From positions 102,114,001 through 102,178,000 of the forward strand of contig OX597819.1 of the NCBI GenBank assembly GCA_951406725.2: a DNA stretch of 64,000 nt. The letters run 5' to 3'. Each line of letters starts with the position of its first letter. Within the stretch, counting starts at the first letter, position 1. A program made the translations under genes and the position numbers. The notes beneath the pieces were generated by a model, which was not told the origin of the DNA, did no database searches, and was given only the letters and a program-made list of their open reading frames with translations. The stretch comes from Octopus vulgaris. Taxonomy: Eukaryota. Shown here in pieces: positions 1 through 11,789 of this stretch.

Positions 1-119
1 ATTCTGTTAGACTGTTTTTAATCACTATGTCCTTCGCATTTTAGGATATACTCAGTAAGTTTGAGAGAATTCTGTTGCTCTTTCTGTATAAGGTCGAGCA
101 ACAAGAGAGAAGGTTGTGA

Positions 120-330
120 TGTTATTGTTTAGCCCCAGGGACTGCTATGATCGAGCAGTCATACGAAGAAAGCTGCGACCATCTTCTGCCCTTTTGTATA
201 GCCTAAGAACCCGGGAGCACCAACTAACTATATCATCCAGCGTGTTTTGTTTCATGATGGTGAAAGATGGAGTGAAAGGAGGGCTATTTGCCTGTTATTT
301 CTAGACGATCAAGCTACAACGTGGTGACAC
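120..330 (+). mobile_element. Degenerate copy of an unclassified dispersed repeat (family E)
   Basis: Shares the motifs TTGTTTAGCCCCAGG...GATCGAGCAG...GACCATC and ATTTG(G/C)CTG(C/T)TATTTCTAG with partial copies at about 1775-1845(+), 7095-7225(-), 37865-38070(-), 49940-49995(-), 52310-52485(+), 53995-54165(+), 55030-55090(-) and 57330-57525(-). Compared by eye; orientation is arbitrary. Confidence 0.55.
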
Positions 331-384
331 TGTCTCATTGACAATTGTTTTTGCTGTTAGACAAAGAGAAAAATAATAATAAAT

Positions 385-690
385 TCAGAGGAAAGAGAAA
401 AAGAAAGGTTTGTTGATGATAACAGAGTAAACATCAAATATGACCGCCGTGCTAGACAGGGATGATGGCGATATGGAGAAATATAATATAAAATCTCTTC
501 TTGATGGACGTGTTCCGTCTGGTTTGTTCCATAGCCATCCTCTCACTTCGTTGTTTGGGGGTTGAAGGTGGGGTTCAAGGTGTAGTGGTGAAGTGGTTCC
601 CAAGTAAAGTGGACGATGAAGGGAACTGGGGAATGGCTTGACAGAGGCAGTAATCGGAATCAGAGTGGTGAACAGAGAAAGAAAAAAAAA
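385..690 (-). pseudogene. Heavily decayed reverse-transcriptase remnant, probably Penelope-like
   Basis: Minus strand GAAGTGAGAGGATGGCTATGGAACAAA reads, with frameshifts, like the Q-x-x-G-x-A-M-G-T motif of Penelope-like RTs. The C-rich coding-strand composition contrasts with the flanks. Confidence 0.4.
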
Positions 691-762
691 ATTGTTGAAG
701 TGAATAAAGGTGTATGTTAGTATATATGAGCCTCTCTCTCTCTCTTTCTCTCTCTCTCTATC

Positions 763-801
<39 letters not shown>

Positions 802-823
802 CTGAACGTATATGTGTGTGCGT

Positions 824-875
<52 letters not shown>

Positions 876-1009
876 CGCACACACATATACGTTCAGACGC
901 ATAAATATATAAGCTATGTTTGTATTTATGTATACACACACAAACATGCAAATATAAATAAAGAGTGAGAGGAAGAGAGAGGTTGGGGAGAGAGAAAAAG
1001 AGGAAGAGA

Positions 1010-1320
1010 GAATCTGCCATGGCTGGCAATGTTTAGAGATATAATATGATTGTCAGAGAAAATTTCGAGTAATTAGTAGAAAAAGATGCTATCGAGGTTG
1101 GTGGATGTGGAGGTGCGATGTAATGCTGGATGTGGAACAGCTTAGTGTGAGGTTCGGCAGGGGCGTTGAGATAGGGAGGGGAAAAACCAGCAGGGTGTAC
1201 GGGACTGGGAAAACAAGGGGTGAGTGGTGATTCACGTCAAACCATGTTAAAATCTCTTGGGAGAGCAGTTTCTCAATGTTTGACAAGCTCTTGACACTCT
1301 TAGTCCAAGGTCGGGACTTT
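1010..1320 (-). pseudogene. Decayed Penelope-like RT N-terminal remnant, collinear with 385-690 and interrupted by microsatellites
   Basis: Minus-strand translation ...LHIHQPR* followed after a frameshift by FY*LLEI resembles the PR-x-x-x-FY-x-LPKIHK motif found upstream of the Penelope-like RT core. Its order relative to the AMG-like motif is correct. Confidence 0.35.
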
Positions 1321-2087
1321 TCGATCTTGTGTGTAAGTGTGTGTGTGTGTATATTTAATATGTGTGTACATGTGTATGAATTTATGTATGTATCTATATG
1401 GTATATGTGTGTGTTTGTTTGTGTATGTGTGTCGCTCTGTGTATGAGCCGTATTTGCTGACTACATGTGTAAAATTTCGCTCCTATGAATGAACGATATG
1501 GCGCGCGCGAGTGTTATATATTGATAAATTAATACATATATGAAATATAAGATATATTTTAATGCGTGTGTATGTGCGAGTGCGTGCACGTCTGTCTATG
1601 TATATGAGTGTATATATGACATTGTAATATATGTAGGTGTGGGGCGTTATTTGTTATTCTGATAGGGAAGAGAGAGAGAGAGTGTGTAGAATGTGGGTAG
1701 TAAAGGAGTAGTAACGCAATGGATATATTATAGATAGATCTGAAAAATATTGGAGTAGGTGACTGGGTGAATAATCTTAATGCCCTAGGCCAGCCAGGTT
1801 CGAACATCTCAAACGGTCAAAAGACATTCCAGACACGACTATCTCGTCGCTACTTTCCCCATGCGAAGTGAAACTAGAGTCACTTTATGCATGTGGGATG
1901 TTCTAAGACACTGTTTGTGATTTGTGGAAGAATTGTCAACTACTTCCAGCAGGACGAGTGTCAATGTGGAGGTGCCTACAGTGAGGAGAGCGGGGGAAAT
2001 GGTGTGAAACAAAGAGAAAAAAATTACACGCAGAGAAAGAAAAAAAGGAGCAAATAGTATCAATCGTAAAAAAAGCACGTTAAAGTA

Positions 2088-2088
<1 letters not shown>

Positions 2089-2126
<38 letters not shown>

Positions 2127-2143
2127 CTATTATTATTATTGTC

Positions 2144-2218
<75 letters not shown>

Positions 2219-2298
2219 GAGAAGAAGAAAGAAGAAGAAGAAGAAGAAGAAGAAGAAGAAGAAGAAGAAGAACAACAACAACAACAACAACAACAATT
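2089..2298. repeat. Compound trinucleotide microsatellite (ATT)n-(AAT)n-(AAG)n-(AAC)n
   Basis: Read directly from the sequence. Confidence 0.95.
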
Positions 2299-3799
2299 AG
2301 ACAATGATGATGATAAAGTAGTTCTTAAAACAAATGTAAGGAGGGGGAAGAGATATATGAAGGAGGCTAGGGTCTGAGAAAGATGAAGGAGCAAAGATGA
2401 TGAGGAATATGAGCTAGAAGGGAAATTATATTAAAAGACAATGACAACGGTCATAGTGCAAGGAGAGAGTTGATAGGTGAGAGTTGAGAGGTCATATCGG
2501 TTTTGACCTGCCATATTGCGATCGAAAGAGACAAACTCACACATGCACACATTTGTATCTTCATACATAGATATACAAATATACATGCAAGTGTGCGTGA
2601 GTGGGTGGGTGATGTAGGTCTTTGCTTCGTATTCAAATAGCTCAAGGTTCGATCCTATTGCACAGGCCTCTGAGTATTTTGTCTTTCTTTGGTCTTTTTA
2701 TTTATTTTTTTGTTTTCACTACGGCTTCGGGGAGACGAATACCATTTTAGTTTAATTTAGTGGACAAAAACTGTAAAACTCTGTTGAGTCTATTAATGCT
2801 ACTATTTGTGAAAGGTTACGCGCAAATTTGCGTACATGCACAGAGATGGGGAACTGGTGTTTAATTTGGTGTTTTTTTTTCCTATATGCTCCATCATTTA
2901 GACTCAATAAAATGGTTAACTACAAAACTGATGACCGTTGATGAGACTGTACATTTCTCAGCATAATTTATGCAACCAGGCTGGTTGAATAAACACCCAA
3001 AAGGCGCAATTTGAAGTCCTTTTAACCTAACATTATCGTACACACACACACACACACACTAGCGGTGGTGTCCCAGATGGGTTACAGCCACTGGCTGAAA
3101 CCAATAAGCAATGGTATTTGTTTGTGTGTGTATATATAAATATGTATACGTATGTGGACGATGCAACTTGTGCACTTAGAACATCAACAGCTTTTTAAAA
3201 ATGTCCGCAAGTTACAACTTTCCCAAGAGACACGATAATGTCGATAAAATCTTCTATGCTGCGACCCGTAGGAAGGATTGTTCTCGCAGACATACAAAAG
3301 ACAGAAAAGCTACAATGTATTCAAACTTTTAAAAAGGAGGAAAATACTGGTGGAGCATTCCAATAAAAACCGTAATAAGGAGCAAATGAAATGCTGGGGC
3401 CAGTGCTTCTGTGTTGGAGAACGGAGTATAAAAGTCATTGCAGAGTGGTAGTATGTTATCAGACGCCAATCGAATGTGATTACATCATTTAAAAGATGAC
3501 AAACTCAGAGTTCTTGTATCCCGGGTATGAATTTTCGTAGATGCACTACGTAACAAAAGACTAGCGTAAGAATGTAAAAATGTAAGGAATCAAGAAGAAA
3601 AAGGAAAATGAATAACATCCTCAAAAATCAATCGATTGATTTAAAGTAAAAAAAAAATGTAAAAAAAAGAAGGAAAGGAAAAGAAAAAAGAAAGCGTTTC
3701 AAGAGATATGCATTTGAATTTGCTGAAATGAACATAAACACATGATCACAAGTGTGTATGCATGTATGTGCGCGGGTATATCCACACATACGCACCAAC

Positions 3800-3834
<35 letters not shown>

Positions 3835-4179
3835 TTAACTCCCTCACAAATCTCGGAAAGTATGTCAACGCAAAGAAAAATGCCTAGCATTTTAAATGTG
3901 AGCGACGTCAATTCTGGAGTAGGAAAAAAAACCCCCAAAAGCGACTGGCAGTGACCGTGAACCGGAAGCAAAATATACCCATTTTTAGTATTCTGTCCAC
4001 AACCTAATTTAATTTGGGGGGATCGAAGGCTGATGAAATTTAACAACAACAATAATAATAATAATAACCGTTTCCTTATTGACTACAAGAGCCGAACACA
4101 AATCACATAGGGACAAAACAACACAAGGGTCAAGTGGGGTTTAGTATAAAGTCGTGTACGTTTAAAAATGTCACAAGTC

Positions 4180-4330
4180 AGCAAGTTCGGAGGTTGGGAC
4201 AAGCTGATTTCATCGACACCATTACTCAGCTGGTACTTATATTATCGACCCCTAGGGGATGAAAGGGAGAATAAGAACTTCAGAACACAGCAGGATTTGA
4301 ACTCAGAATGTGAAGACTTGGAAGAAATAA
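4180..4330 (-). mobile_element. SINE family A, degenerate copy
   Basis: CTGGTACTTATATTATCGACCCCTAGGGGATGAAAGG and GATTTGAACTCAGAA (reverse-complement B box) match the better-preserved copies at 6712-6945 and 48377-48745. Confidence 0.75.
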
Positions 4331-4529
4331 CACAAATTATTGGTTTTTTTTTTCTGAAGCTCCATGTATTCTCTACAACGTAGATATAAAATCGCAGATT
4401 TTGGTGTAAGTCATTTGTCATCTAAATCAATGCTAATAACTGGTTGTTATTGTATTAAAATCAGCATCGGAAAAATAAAAGGTAACGTTTACCTCGAGTA
4501 TGAATAACAATGTAAATAGCTATATAGTG

Positions 4530-4685
4530 AGTGTGTGGTAAGAAGCTTGCTTCCCAACCACATGGCTCCGGGTTCAGTCCCACTGCATGGCATCCTGGGC
4601 AACTATCTTCTACCATAGCCGCGGGCTGACCAAATACTTTTGAATGGATTAGATAGACGAAAACTCAAAAGAAGCTCGTCGTATA
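4530..4685 (+). mobile_element. SINE family B head (tRNA-derived, CORE-like)
   Basis: A-box-like GTGTGGTAAG, B-box-like GGGTTCAGTCC, then CCTGGGCAAC...TCTACCATAGCC...GACGAAAACTCAAAAGAAGCTCGTCGTATA. Homologous to 17550-17705(+) and 46110-46262(-). Confidence 0.85.
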
Positions 4686-5256
4686 CACACACACACACAA
4701 AAACTTTGCGTATAGCATGCTCTTTTTACAAATATCATAGAGAAGTCAATACGTGATTTACAGTATATGACTTTCATGGCCCTGAAGTCCTTTCCTCCCG
4801 CTCATAAATGTGTGTGTGTGCGCGATCGCGCTCGTAAGTGCATTTATTTTAATAGATTGGAGAAAACGCACGATACGGAAAATATACAGATAAAATATTA
4901 TGTAATATGCTCGGCTGATGTTGATGTTGTTACATCGACAATCATGGTTTCATGAGGCGAGCATTGTTTATAGATAAAGCACCGGTTCTTGCAGGAAATG
5001 AAAACAAGTGGAAACTCCGAGTAGCTACGAATAAATATTACACTGCTGAGTATACACATCACATACATACATGCATATTTATGTCAACTTTCGTTTTTAT
5101 TTTCAGTTAAAATTTAAAAAAAAACAATTTTACATTAATCCCATGGGTTACTCTATACTTTCGTAGAGTACAAATTTATTATTCTTAAAATAACTGTTTT
5201 GTTGACAGTAACTTTAAAGTTTCAGCCAGCTAAGCTAAAGCCGGGAAGATAAATGG

Positions 5257-5323
<67 letters not shown>

Positions 5324-5866
5324 CGTTTATTACTCTTCTACATTAACTGCTTTGGTCAGCCTTACCTACCCATCTTCGGTATTTTCTTTATTCAAAATGA
5401 CAACGGGAGAGAACAGTAGTAGTAAGGGGCTGATAGAAGCGGAAATCTGGAAAAATATTAATTTGCTCCAAGATTGGCTGGGAGTAAAATGACACCAGAG
5501 CTGCCATTGCTGCTATTATCACTACTGTTACCACCACCACCACCGCCACCACTATCACCACTAACAACAATAACAACAATAACAGCCGTCTAGCGCTAGC
5601 AACAACAACAATAACTACAGCACCAACAGCAAACAAGGGGCGATAATGAAGTTTGACATAAACAAATTAGAAGAGACAGCAGTATAATAAATACTGTAAA
5701 ATTGATGGACACCGGTCAATTGGTGTGAGTATTGTTGTAATTAGGGGTCAGCGTGTGTGAGGTCCTTGAACAAAATAAATAAAATAAAGGTATTGGCAAG
5801 GGGTCAGTTGGCTGCAAGAGGAACAGAAAAAGTGGTAGACAGTACGTGCTTTGTGTGTGGATGTGG

Positions 5867-5925
<59 letters not shown>

Positions 5926-6167
5926 CGCATGTGTTTATGCGTGTATGTTTATAATTGCCGTGTGTCTAATGTGTATGGTATCATTGGTATGATTAATATT
6001 TTCTCATTGTAGGGGACACAGAGTGAAGGAAGGGAAAATGTGATCGGTGGTACATGGAAATGTTCCGCGCTGATCAACAATAATAGAAATAATAACAATA
6101 ATGATAAATGACAACAATAAACACCACCACCACCACCACCACAACGACAGCAACAACAACAACAAAA

Positions 6168-6345
6168 ATGGGTTCAGATTTTGGCACTATGCCAGCAACT
6201 TATGGGGAAGTGGTAAATCGATTATATCGACCCCAAGTCTCAACTGGTACTTATTTTTCGACACAGAAGTGATGGAAGGTAAAGTTGACTTTGGTGAGAC
6301 TCTGGTGGACACAGAAAGACGGAATACCACAAAGCGTGCTGTCCA
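6168..6345 (-). mobile_element. SINE family A, diverged copy
   Basis: TTTTGGCAC...TCGATTATATCGACCCCA...AACTGGTACTTATTTTTCGAC...GGTAAAGTTGAC matches the family A body and tail. Confidence 0.8.
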
Positions 6346-6362
6346 CCTTAATATTGATGGTG

Positions 6363-6428
<66 letters not shown>

Positions 6429-6711
6429 GGTAGGTTGAACAAAGACGAAAGAAGGACAGCCGGTTGTGATTTCTGTTTTGTTTTATGTTTACGGCAGTAG
6501 ATTCCGTCAGAACATTCATCGGCTAATATCTAAGAAGAAAATTGTTATTACGTGAAAGAGAGATACTGGAGTCTATTAAAACCATTTTTGCTCCCCAAAG
6601 TTATATCATTAAATTAGTAACGAAACCGAATGAGAATTAATATATATCAATAAGAATGCTTGGATATCAAAGTCAGCTACATTCCAGTGAACAACAGCAT
6701 CTAGTGTATAC

Positions 6712-6945
6712 GTATTTATTTCTTATTGCCCACAAGGGGTTAAACATAGAGGGGTTAAACAAGGACACACAAAAGGATTAAGTAGATTACATTGCCCCAA
6801 GGCGTAACTGGTACTTATTTAATCGACCCCGAAAGGATGAAAGGCAAAGTCGACATCGGCGGAATTTGAACTCAGAACGTAACTGCAGATGTAATACTGC
6901 TAAGCATGTCAACCGGTGTGCTAACGACTCTGCCAGCTCGCCGCC
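6712..6945 (-). mobile_element. SINE family A, near full-length (tRNA head, Meta-like domain, tail type 1)
   Basis: Minus strand: GGCGGCGAGCTGGCAGAGTCGTTAG (A box) ... GAGTTCAAATTCC (B box) ... GTCGACTTTGCCTTTCATCCTTTCGGGGTCGATTAAATAAGTACCAG ... CCCCTTGTGGGCAATAAGAAATA. The central domain resembles the MetaSINE/MESC domain (from memory). Confidence 0.9.
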
Positions 6946-7837
6946 TTCTAATATCTATGTATTAACACCCATAATTTGCATTATTACTGAAGCCACCAAG
7001 CCACCAAAGAATAGGCATATGCTAAAGACTGCAGCGAAATCTCATTCGAGTAACATTACACAGAATTAAAAAGTTAACACGATGAAATTAGATAATGAAG
7101 CACCAGATAGCTCCCACACCAAAAAAAAAAAAAAAAAAAAATCAGGATGGCCATGGTTGGAATAACTTTGAGTATCTCCATGTTTGATCCAGATTGTTTG
7201 AGGATGAAACAAATCAATAACAACATGTATAACTTCAATGAGACTGCATGAGAGTGGAAAAAATATATAGAAAATGGCAGACTGTAGTTCTATAACAGTA
7301 TTAGAAAAGGAAAGAATTAATGAAAATATGAAAAATAAACAATTCCCTAACGAACTCGCAGACACATCCACCCACACACAAGTATTCACACACACGGGAA
7401 AGCACACATTCACAAATACACTCACACACAAAAGGCATCGTCTTTAAATCTATCAATTAAAGACATTTCATTCTGTCACCCTCTTCACGAAGCCCCTTCT
7501 CAAAACTAAGTGACTCGTTATTTTTTATAAGGACCCGAGTGGAATTAACAATCTTCCTAATAGAAGAAGGAACCATTGAAACTTCACAGTATTTTTATAG
7601 TTTTATTTCTTCTGCAGCTCACTCAAGGGTCTTGTTTGCGTATTTATTTGTTTATAGACTTATTCTCCTTTATGCTCCTATTTTTTTTCAGTTATTGTTT
7701 AAATTTATATCATGTCTTTTTATGTCTTTCTTTATCTCTCTCTCTCTGCATTTCCGTGCTTTCGTTGTTTATCTCAGTTGTTTCACACACACACACACAT
7801 TAACATATATAATTACGCGCATGCACACACTCTCTTG

Positions 7838-7870
<33 letters not shown>

Positions 7871-7871
<1 letters not shown>

Positions 7872-8068
7872 GTTAATCCAAACATGAAAACACAAAGAGA
7901 AAACACAACAATGCGAGGACGTGGAACAAGTATAGTATTATTGGATGCTCAGGAAAGAAGGAGGATTTAACGTTTCGAGCGGAGCTCTTCGTCAGAAACA
8001 TAAGAAAAGGAAAGATTCAAAGAAGGGAAGACGGAGGAAAAAATTCGGCAACGGTACACACGCGGTCG
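7871..8068 (-). mobile_element. About 200-bp Penelope-like non-autonomous element or solo pLTR (family D) carrying a hammerhead motif
   Basis: Highly similar to 9169-9351 and 46987-47190. All three end (minus strand) in TTTGGATTAAC directly against a (TA)n tract. Confidence 0.85.
7965..7999 (-). ncRNA. Minimal type I hammerhead ribozyme motif, intact core
   Basis: Minus strand GUUU-CUGACGA-A-GAGC-UCC-GCUC-GAAA-C-GU-U-AAAU: stem I, CUGAnGA box, 4-bp stem II, GAAA box, palindromic ACGU instead of helix III, GUU cleavage triplet. Confidence 0.75.
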
Positions 8069-8482
8069 TATATATGTCTATAGTGTATAGCCTATATTAT
8101 TGTACAAGTGTGCCTTGTTAATTATAAACAAATAGCCCTTGCTACAATTTGAACTTATGTGGTTTCTAGACTTCATATATCTTTATCAGGGAACGGATGC
8201 TTATCACTACTATGAGAAATTATTAACTTATACCTTATAACTTATAGTGTAAACTCGAACATCGCTAAACTGGCCTGCCTAATTTGCATGGCAGTACAGT
8301 AACCGACAAATTAGAATAAATAAACAAACTGCTGTAGCTCTGTACGAATTTATAGAGAATATATATATTAAAAAATTAATGCGCACGTTTACATCCATCC
8401 ATCTATTCTTACATACATACATACATACATACATGCACATTGGTGCTGTTTCCAGCACCAAAGGGAAATATGCTGTGCTTAG

Positions 8483-8563
8483 CTAAGATATATCACGTGA
8501 TCACGTGACTGACCAGACTATCAGAAGTTGTCACACTGCTGGTCACTGTGCTCTAAGATATAT
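8483..8563. mobile_element. 59-bp insertion (8494-8552) flanked by an 11-bp direct repeat CTAAGATATAT
   Basis: The direct repeat lies at 8483-8493 and 8553-8563. The insert starts with CACGTGATCACGTGA. Confidence 0.65.
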
Positions 8564-8712
8564 AATTGAGTGTAAATAATAAAACAAATTTTAATGCATC
8601 TTTGATTTTTTGACATTGTATGTTCTAGCTTATGAATCAGGAGTCACCCCCTGACTCGCTTAAACACACACACAATCAGGCATACATATGTATATGTTTG
8701 TGCGTGCATCTA

Positions 8713-8793
<81 letters not shown>

Positions 8794-8800
<7 letters not shown>

Positions 8801-9075
8801 ATTTTTACGTTCAACATCACAATCAAGGAACGGCCATAATAGGCCATTCACCCACTAGAAATAACAGCCAAAAGCTTTAACCGCAAAATAACATTAATAC
8901 CGTAAGCCAGGAGAAAATTGAAAAACTTTTTACAGGGTAAAAGATTTTCAATTTTCTCCTGGCTTACGGTATTAATGTTATTTTGCGGTTAAAGCTTTTG
9001 GCTGTTATTTCTAGTGGGTGAATGGCCTATTATGGCCGTTCCTTGATAGTGATGTTGAACGTAAAAATGGTTTAT
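8794..9075. repeat. 282-bp near-perfect palindrome adjoining a (TA)n tract
   Basis: 8794-8933 is the reverse complement of 8937-9075, with about 3 differences and an AGG loop of about 3 nt. Confidence 0.97.
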
Positions 9076-9168
9076 GACTATTTAATTTTTTCCTACTAGG
9101 CCGCTGGTGGCAAAAGAATTCTACAAAATTTTTTTGCCACCCTATATTGATTATATATATATATATAT

Positions 9169-9351
9169 AGTTAATCCAAACATGAAAACACAACAACGCG
9201 AGGACAAGTATAGTATTATTGGACGCTCAGGAAAGAAGGAGGATTTAATGTTTCTAGCGGAGCTCTTCGTCAGAAACATAGGAAAAGGAAAGATCCAAAG
9301 AAGGGGAAACGGAGGAAAACAGAATCGCCAACGGAACACACGCGGTCACAT
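9169..9351 (-). mobile_element. Family D element; hammerhead motif at 9243-9277 has two substitutions
   Basis: Homologous to 7871-8068. Core reads GTTT-CTGACGA-A-GAGC-TCC-GCTA-GAAAC-AT-T-AAAT. Confidence 0.85.
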
Positions 9352-9459
9352 ATGCGTGTGAGGGCGTACACACAAATATACACAAATAAATATATATATA
9401 GACAATTCTCTCTCTCAAACACACATATTTTACCACACATGCATAAATACATACATACA

Positions 9460-9557
<98 letters not shown>

Positions 9558-9969
9558 GATATACATATATATGCATGAATATATATTATGTATATAAACA
9601 TACACTATACGTTGGTCTGCAAATATGTTTAATTTCTGAGATGACGCCCAAGCCTAAAGTATGTATATTTTAGTTTTGTTTACTTAAACCAGGGCTTACA
9701 AGCCTCAAAACACATCTGTCCATCAGGAACTACACTCCCTCACCCCCACCTTTTTATATATATATTTCATTTATTTTTCCCATTAACTTTAACCCTTCAA
9801 ATACCTCTCTACCTCTCTTATTTTTTTCTTCTGTTTCTGTAAAACCTCTTCAGATGTCTACATTAATATTTCTCGCATATATATATTTACTTACATGGAC
9901 ATACACGCGCACACACACTTATGCCCGTTTCTGAGTGAATACACACAGACACACGCACATGCGTAAAGC

Positions 9970-10172
9970 ATGTTTGTGTCTGTGTTTGGCCCCACTATCG
10001 CTTCATAACCGATGTTGGTGTGTTAACATCCACGTAACTTAGCGGTTCGGGAAAAGAAACCGACAGACTATGTTCTAGGTTTACAAAGAATAAATGCTGG
10101 GGTCGAATTCTCCAACCTAAAGCAGTGCCCCCATCATGGACGCAGTCTAACGACTGAAACAATTAGGAGAAT
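9970..10172 (+). mobile_element. SINE family B 3' body and tail
   Basis: ACCGATGTTGGTGTG...GTAACTTAGCGGTTCGG...TTACAAAGAATAA...GACTGAAACAA is the reverse complement of 13065-13250 and 45890-46100. Confidence 0.8.
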
Positions 10173-10173
10173 A

Positions 10174-10213
<40 letters not shown>

Positions 10214-10445
10214 TGATTGAGAAAGAGGCACAGAGAGAGAGGGAGAGGAGTCGATAAAAATTTGGAGTGGATGCTTCGACTAATTCTTTCCTTTGTAAGG
10301 AAATAAAATTAATTTTTGGAACAGGTAAGAATTTATAAAGATTTAGAGAGCAGTGGATTTATGTGTGCTGTGTCCAGTTTCTCAGTCAAACGTAAAATCA
10401 TAAATATTTAAACAAATCTCTAAATAGATATAATGAACGAGATGT

Positions 10446-10488
<43 letters not shown>

Positions 10489-10894
10489 CTTAAATACTTC
10501 ACTGACATCAGCTAAAATATATGAATTTAACTGTGTATTCGACTAAGTTTGTTTTAACATATTATTGCTATCGATTTTATCGATTTCGCTGAGATTGTAA
10601 AAATGGTTAAATTCTTCACAGGCAAAACTTTGAAAGTCTTTCGTTGAGGGGCGTAAATAATATTGGTAAATATCTCTTTAACTCTGCTGCTTCACCACAT
10701 CTATACACAATCCATAAAATATGGAAGCAATTTGTAATCTACACGTGTATGTATCTATGTACACGAGCAGAAAATTGGTACGCACAAACACACACAAACA
10801 TCATGTATGTATATCTACATACGTATATAGATCGACAAACAAGCATACAGAAAAGCAAAAAGACACACATACAGACAGATAGATAGATAGAAAC

Positions 10895-11650
10895 ATTTAT
10901 CATATCGACCCCGATGATATGAGAGATGAAGTTGAATTCAGAACATAAAGACTAGATGAATACTGCACGGTATCATTTTTCGTTGCTCCTACGATTCTAC
11001 CACACCACCGTCCGAAAAATAATGGTAATAAGAGAAACAAATACGGCGATGATTTCTGGGTTAAACGCTAGACCATGTATTTTATGGAGCAGATGAGTAG
11101 TCGAATACCATCAGCTTCGGTTAACAATTATTTTATTTCATCGACCTCGGAGAGATGAAAGGCGTAGCTGAACTTGGCGAGGACTGAACCTAGGATGAAA
11201 ATAACTAAAAGAAAAATTGGAAGGTATTGTGATTCAGGCACAAGACCAGGAATTTCGAGGGTAGCGGTTCAGTTGCGCAGTTTAATATATTTAGTTGTAC
11301 TTAAATGTAAAAGATGTTTTCATATATCTTAAATACTTATAGATAGGTGAGAGAGGATCACCACAAGTAACTGCTTGGCATTTATATACGAAAGCGTGTA
11401 TATAAGCTTCTTTACAAACCCAGACGCGACAGCCAAGTATTTTAAGCAGAAGCACCCGAATCATTTAATGGGCCTCGGTATTTGAGCGATATTTAGTTTA
11501 TCGAACGAGGAAGGAAGGAAGGAAGGAAGGAGGAAGGAAGGAAGGAAAGGCAAAGTTGAACCCGGCAACGTTTCCAAAGTCAGAAACGTGAAAGCAACGA
11601 AACTAAATACCGCAAGTCATCTTAACCATCCCTCTACCAATCCCGCTCAT
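10895..11650 (-). mobile_element. Cluster of at least three degenerate family A SINE copies
   Basis: Repeated ATCGACC...GATGAAAGGC...GTTGAAC motifs near 10905, 11140 and 11500-11560. The last copy is interrupted by (GGAA)n. Confidence 0.65.
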
Positions 11651-11651
11651 C

Positions 11652-11696
11652 ATCATCGTTTGACGTCCGCTTTTGATGCGGACGTTAAACGATGAT
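11652..11696. repeat. 19-bp-stem inverted repeat with a 7-nt loop
   Basis: ATCATCGTTTGACGTCCGC-TTTTGAT-GCGGACGTTAAACGATGAT, 18 of 19 positions complementary. Confidence 0.9.
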
Positions 11697-11736
11697 TATA
11701 TATATATATATGAAAAGAGGGAGAGAGAGAGAGATA

Positions 11737-11789
<53 letters not shown>

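Noticed and set aside
385-1029. 214-aa minus-strand ORF as a gene
   Set aside because: Half is microsatellite, and the rest is out of frame with the RT-like motifs.
1155-1225. G-run clusters (also 59000-59075) as functional G-quadruplexes
   Set aside because: Loops are long and irregular, and the runs are explained by the composition of decayed retroelement or (GGA)n sequence.
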